Assembly: GCF_042660085.1 (NCBI RefSeq)
Contig: NZ_JBHSTI010000008.1
Location: forward strand, 510,001-542,000
Length of the DNA: 32,000 nt
Direction of reading: 5' to 3'
Source: Longivirga aurantiaca
Lineage (GTDB): Bacteria; Actinomycetota; Actinomycetes; S36-B12; CAIYMF01
Every line of letters begins with the position of its first letter. Position 1 is the first letter of the stretch. Below the pieces are notes generated by a model. It saw only the letters and a list, made by a program, of their open reading frames with translations. It did not search any database and had not been told where the DNA came from. A program made the position numbers and the translations under genes. Of this stretch, positions 7,565 to 13,406 are shown one piece after another.

Positions 7565-8581
7565 TCACTGGCTCTCGGGCACCGCACAGGTCGTACCGCC
7601 CGCCGGGCAGAGCCGGGTGCCGCCGACGACGAGACGCACGACCAGGTCCTCGAGGCCGAAGCCCGCGTCGTTGAGGGCGACGCGGAGGCTGTCGACCTCC
7701 ACCTCGGGCGGCGGACCGAGCGCCGTGACGATGATCTGGCGGTTCACGACCTGCACCGTGGTGACCTGCCACCCGGCCTTGTCGGCCCACTTCTGCGCGA
7801 TGGGGGTGGCGTCGCGCTGGGCGAGCTGGTCGTAGGCGACGTTGAGCGAGCCGATGCCGAGCGGCACCAGCACCACCACGATGAGGGCGCAGATCACGGC
7901 GATGGTCCCCTTGCCGAGCCCGCCGTGGACCTGTCCGGACTGCTTGGCGATCTCGCGCACCTTGTAGAGCACCAGCACGATCGTGCCCGTCGCGATGATC
8001 GCGGCGACGTTGGTGCCGAACAGCAGCAGCGCCTGCGCGGCGTCGGTCAAACGGCCGACCTGCAGGAGCAGCCCCACGACCGCGAGCGGCGGCACGAGCG
8101 AGATCGCGATCGCGACACCGGGTAGCGCGTCGCTGATGTCGCGGCGTACAAGGGCGAACGCACCGACGGTGCCTGTCGCGAGCGCCGCCATGAGGTCGAT
8201 GAGGCGCGGGCTGATGCGCCCGGCCACCTGCGAGTTGGTGCGGTAGTCGTCGACGTTGAACCCGATCGCGCCGATCAGCCAGGCCAGCGCGACCACCACG
8301 AGGGCGCCCCCGACGACGTAGGCGACGCTGCGCAGGAGCGCAGGGCGGTCGCCCAGGACCGTGGCCAGCGCGATGCCGAGGATCGGCGTCATGAGCGGCG
8401 CCACGATCATGGCGCCGATGACCGATGCCGTGCTGTCGGCGATCACGCCTGCCGTAGCGATGATGGTCGCGAGGACGAGCAGCACCCAGAACTTGCTGGC
8501 TGACGGGCTCTTCCACGACTTCTCGATGAACAGCGCATCGGTCATGCGTGTGACGTCGTCAGCCCTCACCGGTGTCGGCAT
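7565..8581 (-). CDS. DUF389 (TIGR00341-like) integral membrane protein
   Basis: Track ORF 7565..8611. The block SPSASKFWVLLVLATIIATAGVIADSTASVIGAMIVAPLMTPILGIALA is the characteristic DUF389 core. Preferred start MPTPV (ATG 8581..8579) has GGGAGGG 6 nt upstream. Confidence 0.88.
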   Translation of the reverse strand: MPTPVRADDVTRMTDALFIEKSWKSPSASKFWVLLVLATIIATAGVIADSTASVIGAMIVAPLMTPILGIALATVLGDRPALLRSVAYVVGGALVVVALAWLIGAIGFNVDDYRTNSQVAGRISPRLIDLMAALATGTVGAFALVRRDISDALPGVAIAISLVPPLAVVGLLLQVGRLTDAAQALLLFGTNVAAIIATGTIVLVLYKVREIAKQSGQVHGGLGKGTIAVICALIVVVLVPLGIGSLNVAYDQLAQRDATPIAQKWADKAGWQVTTVQVVNRQIIVTALGPPPEVEVDSLRVALNDAGFGLEDLVVRLVVGGTRLCPAGGTTCAVPESQ

Positions 8582-8700
8582 GGTCGTCCCTCCCAGGTCG
8601 TCGGCGCCCATGCTCCCGCCCCGGGGTGCGTTCGTGGTGGTGAAACTCGCTGCGGGGAGCGACTTTCGTCATCCAGATCAGGTCGTGGCCCGGTGCGTGT

Positions 8701-8725
8701 CAACCTCGGAGCGGCTCGGACGTCC
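8701..8725 (+). promoter_or_regulatory. Candidate ECF-type promoter upstream of the sigma factor gene
   Basis: gtgtCAACc-N15/16-CGTCCta, with AAC at 8702-8704 and CGTC at 8721-8724 (16-nt spacer), about 33 nt upstream of the ATG at 8758. It resembles the AAC-N16/17-CGT architecture of group-4 sigma promoters, which are often autoregulated. Pattern match only. Confidence 0.3.
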
Positions 8726-8757
8726 TATCCCTGACGTTCGAGCCGGAAGGGGCTGCC

Positions 8758-9291
8758 ATGAGAGGCGCCGACGAGTCGTGGGGGTCCGCCGACCTCCCGC
8801 GTTCGCCGCGCGCGGCGGTCGCTGCGCTGTTCCACGTGCACTACCGACGACTCGTCGGGCTCGCCGGCCTCATGGTCGACGACCGGGAGACGGCGGAGGA
8901 GGTCGTCCAGGACGCCTTCGAGCAGCTCTACCGACGGTGGGGGACCCTGCGGGACCCGCAGGCCGCCGTCGCCTATCTCAACAGGAGCGTCGTGAACGGT
9001 GCCCGCTCGCGGGTCCGTCGGCGGTTCACCGAACGCTCCTTCACCCTGCCCGACGCGGGCACCGTCGACTCCGCCGAGAGCGCCGGAGTCGACAACCGCA
9101 GGCGCGACGACCTGATGGAGGCGGTGCGGGACCTCCCGCAGCGCCAGCGCGAGGTCATCGTCCTGCGCTACTACCTCGACCTCTCCGAGGAGCAGATCGC
9201 TGTGTGGCTCGGCGTCTCGACCGGCTCGGTGAAGAAGCACGCCCACCGGGCAACCGCCGCCCTGCAGAAGCGGATGGAGGCATGGGCATGA
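8758..9291 (+). CDS. RNA polymerase sigma-70 family factor, ECF/SigE-like (actinobacterial subgroup)
   Basis: Track ORF 8758..9291, with GGAAGGGG SD. Region 2 reads LFHVHYRRLVGLAGLMVDDRETAEEVVQDAF...AYLNRSVVN. Region 4 reads LPQRQREVIVLRYYLDLSEEQIAVWLGVSTGSVKKHAHRA. Confidence 0.92.
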   Translation: MRGADESWGSADLPRSPRAAVAALFHVHYRRLVGLAGLMVDDRETAEEVVQDAFEQLYRRWGTLRDPQAAVAYLNRSVVNGARSRVRRRFTERSFTLPDAGTVDSAESAGVDNRRRDDLMEAVRDLPQRQREVIVLRYYLDLSEEQIAVWLGVSTGSVKKHAHRATAALQKRMEAWA

Positions 9292-10529
9292 ACCTGTTCG
9301 AGTCCACGCTCGTCACCGCGCTGCGCGATGAAGCCCGGGAGACTGCGATGAACACAGACCTCAACGAAGGACGCGACATCCTCGAGAGCCGCCTCGACGA
9401 CGTCGACCGCGGCCGGCGTCGGTGGATGGTGGCGGGCGGCGCCCTCGCCGCCACGGCCGCCGTCGCCGCGATCGCCTACCTCGCCGTCGGCCGCCCCGTC
9501 GCCGCCCCGGAGCCCGCCGATCCGACGCCGATCCCCTCGCCGACGGCGTCGGAGACGTTCCGCAGCAGCGAGTTCGCCTTCCCGTTCACCGCTCGACCGC
9601 CCCTGTGGGTCGCCGAGGCTCTGGACGAACCGACGTCGGAGAACCTGCGCCACGTGACGTGGAACCGGTGCGAGGGCGACGTCTGCATCGGGCTGACGTT
9701 CCTGTCGCTGTCGGTCCTGGATCCCTTCGGCCTGGAGGAGCGGACCGACACCGCGATGCCGGGCTACGACGCATACCTCGACTATCTCGACTCCCTGGTC
9801 GCGAGCAGCAAGGCCACGATCTCCGATCGCATCGATCGGACCATCGACGGCCGGCCCGCGACCGTCATGACCGTCATGCCGCTGTCCGACGTGCCCGACG
9901 GCGTCGGCTGCGAGGCGGGCGACGGCACCACAGACGACTGCTGGGACTTCCTCGAAGGGGTCGCCACTCGGATGGCCGTCGTCGACGTCGGCTCCTCGAA
10001 CCCGCTGGTGATCCTCACGCGCACTCCGCCGTCGAACTCCGATGCTGCGGCGTGGATCGCGCAGTTCGACCCGATGCTCGACTCCGTGACCCTCGACTTC
10101 GCGACGGTCAACCCGATGGTCGGCGTATGGACGACCTCGTTCTCGGGTGAGGACGTGACGCAGGTGCTCGCTGCCGCCGGGTTGGAGGCATCGACGGAGC
10201 AGGTGCTGCAGGAGATCGGGGACTCCGGCCAGCCGCTCACCTGGGAGCTGTGGATCGACCCGACGTGGTACCGCCTCTACTCCGTGGCCTCCGACGGCAC
10301 CCGCGCGCTGGTGGACGTGCACACCTACGTCCGCGACGGCGGACGCGTGACCGGTACCACCACCGGCTCGCCGCCGCTGGTCACCCTGAGCACGGTCTCG
10401 GTGCAGGGCGATGAGCTGACCTGGGCGACCGTCTCGAGCACGGAGAACAGCGACCGTGCGGCGCCTCCGGAGGAAGCCATGCACCTCGCCCTCTACTCGA
10501 CCTCGACGTGGGTGCGATCGTCGACCTGA
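9288..10529 (+). CDS. Single-pass membrane protein coupled to the sigma factor (putative anti-sigma / sensor), 413 aa
   Basis: Real part of track ORF 8361..10529. ATG 9288 overlaps the sigma stop (ATGA at 9288-9291). It has a ~45-aa cytoplasmic N-terminus, one TM helix (WMVAGGALAATAAVAAIAYLAV), a Pro-rich linker, and a ~330-aa extracytoplasmic domain with 4 Cys. No HxxxCxxC (ZAS) motif. Confidence 0.7.
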   Translation: MNLFESTLVTALRDEARETAMNTDLNEGRDILESRLDDVDRGRRRWMVAGGALAATAAVAAIAYLAVGRPVAAPEPADPTPIPSPTASETFRSSEFAFPFTARPPLWVAEALDEPTSENLRHVTWNRCEGDVCIGLTFLSLSVLDPFGLEERTDTAMPGYDAYLDYLDSLVASSKATISDRIDRTIDGRPATVMTVMPLSDVPDGVGCEAGDGTTDDCWDFLEGVATRMAVVDVGSSNPLVILTRTPPSNSDAAAWIAQFDPMLDSVTLDFATVNPMVGVWTTSFSGEDVTQVLAAAGLEASTEQVLQEIGDSGQPLTWELWIDPTWYRLYSVASDGTRALVDVHTYVRDGGRVTGTTTGSPPLVTLSTVSVQGDELTWATVSSTENSDRAAPPEEAMHLALYSTSTWVRSST

Positions 10530-10537
10530 CCACCTCG

Positions 10538-10626
10538 AGGACGACCGGGGCCTGCTGCGACGTCGCAGCGGGCCCGTGGTCGTCCTGCCCGGGTCCGCCC
10601 GCGGTAGCAGGGCGCCGCGACCCGGG
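10538..10626. terminator. Two adjacent stem-loops between convergent genes (likely bidirectional terminators)
   Basis: Hairpin 1 (10538-10586): AGGACGACCgGGGCCtGCTGCGAC/GTCGCAGCgGGCCCgtGGTCGTCCT, a near-perfect ~22-bp stem. Hairpin 2: CCCGGGTC (10588-10595) pairs with GACCCGGG (10619-10626). They lie between the stop at 10529 (+) and the stop at 10642 (-). Confidence 0.6.
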
Positions 10627-10641
10627 TGCCGGCCGGTCGGG

Positions 10642-11193
10642 TCAGCTGCTGACGAGGGGGTCGGCGTCGAGGGTGGCCGCGACCGCGGCGACGACGGCGG
10701 CGATGCGCAGCGCGTCGTTCACGGCCTCGCGGGTGACGCCGGCGCTGCGCGCCCCGGCTTCGTGCTCACCGATGCACGCCTCGCAGCCGTGGATCGCCGC
10801 CACCACCACGGAGCAGAGCTCGACGTCGGCCCTCGGCGTGGTCGGCGCGATCGTGGCGGACGACCGCAGGCCCGCCCGCAGGTCGTCGTACGCGCCGTGC
10901 AGGAAGTGGCGGGCGCGGAAGTAGACGGCGTGCCCGGCCATCACCGAGGCGACGGCGAGGGCGGAGTCGGCCAGCTCGCGGGGCAGCCGGGCGCGGGCCT
11001 CGCCGGCGAGCGCCGGGCTGGCGCTGGGGGAGCGCACCGCGGCCGCGGCCGCGAGGACGCAGCCCCAGTGCTGCTGCGGGGTCAGGTGCGCGCCGGGCGC
11101 CACCACGACGGCGGCGAGGTTGCGGGACGTGTCGGCTGCGTACGCCGGCAGCCACGTGGCGAGCTCGGCGAGGCTTCGGGGCGCGTCGTCCAC
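10642..11193 (-). CDS. ahpD: Alkylhydroperoxidase AhpD-family protein (carboxymuconolactone decarboxylase fold)
   Basis: C-terminal ~183 aa of track ORF 10642..11418. Colinear with my recollection of M. tuberculosis AhpD: LPAYAADTSRNLAAV, YFRARHFL..YDDLRAGLR, the active-site AAIHGCEACIGEHE (CxxC + H), and REAVNDALRIAAVV. Start set at GTG 11193, which is uncertain. Confidence 0.85.
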   Translation of the reverse strand: MDDAPRSLAELATWLPAYAADTSRNLAAVVVAPGAHLTPQQHWGCVLAAAAAVRSPSASPALAGEARARLPRELADSALAVASVMAGHAVYFRARHFLHGAYDDLRAGLRSSATIAPTTPRADVELCSVVVAAIHGCEACIGEHEAGARSAGVTREAVNDALRIAAVVAAVAATLDADPLVSS

Positions 11194-11377
11194 AGGACCA
11201 CTGTGGCCCTCCGGGCGCCGTCCCACCAGCACCGACGTCGCCCTGGTGGCCCTGTCCAGCAGCTGGACGCCCGTCCCGAGTGCTGGACCCCGATGACGGG
11301 AACAGATCGCCCCGTGGCACCGTTGACGTGCGCAGACACCGGGGAGCCGGTGTGCCCGAGCTCTGAGGAGAACGTCC

Positions 11378-12550
11378 GTGTCCCTGCCGCCGCTGGTCGA
11401 GCCTGCCGACGCACTCACCGTCGACGAGGTCCGCCGCTACAGCCGCCACATCATCATCCCCGACGTCGGGATGGCGGGTCAGAAGCGTCTGAAGAACGCC
11501 AAGGTCCTGTGCGTCGGTGCGGGCGGCCTCGGCAGCCCCGCGCTGCTGTACCTGGCCGCAGCCGGCGTCGGCACGCTCGGCATCGTGGAGTTCGACACCG
11601 TCGACGAGTCGAACCTGCAGCGCCAGATCATCCACGGCCAGAGCGACATCGGTCGATCCAAGGCGGAGTCGGCGCGCGACTCGGTGCTCGAGGTCAACCC
11701 CTACGTGAACGTGATCCTCCACGACACGCGCCTCGACAACGACAACGTGCTCGACATCTTCAGCGGCTACGACCTCATCGTCGACGGCACCGACAACTTC
11801 GCGACGCGCTACATGGTCAACGACGCAGCGGTGCTGCTCGGGAAGCCCTACGTCTGGGGCTCGATCTACCGCTTCGAGGGCCAGGTCTCGGTCTTCTGGG
11901 ACGAGTACGGCCCGAACTACCGCGACCTCTACCCCGAGCCCCCGCCGCCCGGCATGGTGCCGTCGTGCGCCGAGGGCGGCGTGCTCGGCGTCCTCTGCGC
12001 GTCGATCGGCTCCGTCATGGTCACCGAGGCGATCAAGCTGATCACCGGCATCGGCGACACCCTGCTGGGCCGCCTGATGATCTACGACGCCCTCGAGATG
12101 TCGTACCGCACGGTGAAGATCCGCAAGGACCCGAACGCCACCCCGATCACGGGTCTCATCGACTACGACGCGTTCTGCGGCACGATCTCCGAGGCCGCGG
12201 CCGATGCTGCGGTGGGCTCGACGATCTCGGTCAAGCAGCTCGACGAGATGCTCGCCGAGCGTGAGCGCGGCGAACGCGACTTCGTGCTGATCGACGTCCG
12301 CGAGCAGAACGAGTGGGAGATCGTGAGCATCCCGGGCGCGGTGCTCATCCCCAAGGGCGATTTCCTGAACGGCAAGGCCCTGGAGCAGCTGCCCAGCGAC
12401 AAGCAGATCGTGCTGCACTGCAAGGTGGGCGGCCGTTCGGCGGAAGCCCTCGCGGTCGTGAAGGGCGCGGGCTTCTCCGACGCCATCCACGTCGGCGGCG
12501 GCATCGTCGCGTGGGTCAACCAGCTCCACCCCGAGCTGCCCGTCTACTGA
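11378..12550 (+). CDS. moeZ: MoeZ/MoeB-type adenylyltransferase-sulfurtransferase (ThiF/E1-like domain + C-terminal rhodanese)
   Basis: Track ORF 11378..12550, GTG start with GAGGAG SD. Motifs: RYSRHIIIPDVGMAGQKRLKNAKVLCVGAGGLGSP (nucleotide-binding GxGxxG) and NLQRQIIH. The rhodanese domain has the active-site loop HCKVGGRS. Confidence 0.95.
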   Translation: MSLPPLVEPADALTVDEVRRYSRHIIIPDVGMAGQKRLKNAKVLCVGAGGLGSPALLYLAAAGVGTLGIVEFDTVDESNLQRQIIHGQSDIGRSKAESARDSVLEVNPYVNVILHDTRLDNDNVLDIFSGYDLIVDGTDNFATRYMVNDAAVLLGKPYVWGSIYRFEGQVSVFWDEYGPNYRDLYPEPPPPGMVPSCAEGGVLGVLCASIGSVMVTEAIKLITGIGDTLLGRLMIYDALEMSYRTVKIRKDPNATPITGLIDYDAFCGTISEAAADAAVGSTISVKQLDEMLAERERGERDFVLIDVREQNEWEIVSIPGAVLIPKGDFLNGKALEQLPSDKQIVLHCKVGGRSAEALAVVKGAGFSDAIHVGGGIVAWVNQLHPELPVY

Positions 12551-12572
12551 CGCCCGCCCACCCGCTGTACGC

Positions 12573-12613
12573 ACGACGAGGCCCCGACCGGATCCCGGTC
12601 GGGGCCTCGTCGT
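12573..12613 (+). terminator. Intrinsic terminator hairpin after moeZ
   Basis: Perfect 19-bp stem: ACGACGAGGCCCCGACCGG (12573-12591), loop atc, CCGGTCGGGGCCTCGTCGT (12595-12613), followed by TCGCG. It begins 23 nt after the moeZ stop. Confidence 0.75.
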
Positions 12614-12615
12614 TC

Positions 12616-12712
12616 GCGATGAAGGCTGGTCCCCCGCAGGGTGAGAATGGCCGAAGGCCTCACCCGGTAGGGGACTTCATCCGGTAGAGCCGAGCAGTTC
12701 CGGCCTTCATGA
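12616..12712 (+). repeat. 97-bp structured repeat, copy A
   Basis: gcgatgaaggctggtcccccgcagggtgagaatggccgaaggcctcacccggtaggggacttcatccggtagagccgagcagttccggccttcatga. Its reverse complement recurs at 13297-13393 (88/97 identical, no gaps). It lies between the moeZ terminator and the stop of the Fe-S gene. Confidence 0.9.
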
Positions 12713-12726
12713 AGTTGGGGACTGGG

Positions 12727-13263
12727 TCAGCTCGCCGGTGCCGGGGCGTCCGAGAAGCCGACGCGGTTGTGCGTGCCGTCGCAGAACGGCTTGGTGGCCG
12801 AGTGCCCGCAGCGGCAGAGGTACGCCACCCGGCCCACCTCGCGCAGCACCGTGCCGTCGGCCGCGCACACGCTGACCGCTCCGCGGATCTCGTACGGGCC
12901 GTTCTCCGTCGCCGTGACGACGACGGCCGCCGCCGGCTCAGCGGGGGCCGTCGGCACCTCGGGTGCCGGCGACGGCAGGAGCAGCTCGCCCTTCGGCGCG
13001 GGCTCGACGTCGGTCCGCGTGTAGCGCAGCGCGCCGCTCGGGCATGTGTCGATCGCGGCGGCGAGCGCAGCGGCATCGGCGGCATCGGCGTCGATCCACG
13101 GCTTCTCCCGCGGCCGGAAGACCTGCGGGAGGGTGCGCGCGCACACGCCGGAATGGATGCAGATGTCGCTGTCCCAGTGGATCGTGAGGCCTGCGGTCGG
13201 GTAGTCGCGTCTGGTCACGAGCCGATGGTCCACCCACCGGGTCCCGAGCGCGCGTCGGGGCAC
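12727..13263 (-). CDS. Iron-sulfur protein: divergent 4Fe-4S mono-cluster domain fused to a CDGSH-type domain
   Basis: Track ORF 12727..13263. N-terminal half: IHWDSDICIHSGVCARTLPQVF...PWIDA...IDTCPSGALRY (C-x-H-x3-C ... CPSGAL pattern). C-terminal half: CRCGHSATKPFCDGTH, an exact fit to C-x-C-x2-S-x3-P-x-C-D-G-(S/A/T)-H. Start candidates are GTG 13263, 13234 and 13218. Confidence 0.88.
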   Translation of the reverse strand: MPRRALGTRWVDHRLVTRRDYPTAGLTIHWDSDICIHSGVCARTLPQVFRPREKPWIDADAADAAALAAAIDTCPSGALRYTRTDVEPAPKGELLLPSPAPEVPTAPAEPAAAVVVTATENGPYEIRGAVSVCAADGTVLREVGRVAYLCRCGHSATKPFCDGTHNRVGFSDAPAPAS

Positions 13264-13296
13264 CGACGCGCGCCTTTCCGGCGCAGTGCACGCTGC

Positions 13297-13393
13297 TCAT
13301 GAATGCCGGAGTTGTTCGGCTCTATGGGATGAAGTCCCCTACCGGGTGAGGCCTTCGGCCCTTCTCACCCGGCGGGGGCCCAGCCTTCATCGC
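13297..13393 (-). repeat. 97-bp structured repeat, copy B (inverted relative to copy A)
   Basis: The reverse complement of 13297-13393 is gcgatgaaggctgggcccccgccgggtgagaagggccgaaggcctcacccggtaggggacttcatcccatagagccgaacaactccggcattcatga, with 9 mismatches to copy A. It lies between the stop (13407) of the large membrane protein gene and the start of the Fe-S gene. Confidence 0.9.
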
Positions 13394-13406
13394 AGACCCG
13401 GGGGGG

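Noticed and set aside
8361-9287. N-terminal extension of track ORF 8361..10529
   Set aside because: It overlaps the DUF389 gene in antisense and overlaps the sigma factor gene out of frame. The real protein begins at the ATG coupled to the sigma stop (9288).
10456-12574. 600-aa ORFs 10456..12264 (+) and 10766..12574 (-) spanning ahpD and moeZ
   Set aside because: They are out of frame or antisense relative to two genes with unambiguous family motifs. Their composition is Arg/Gly/Asp/His low complexity.
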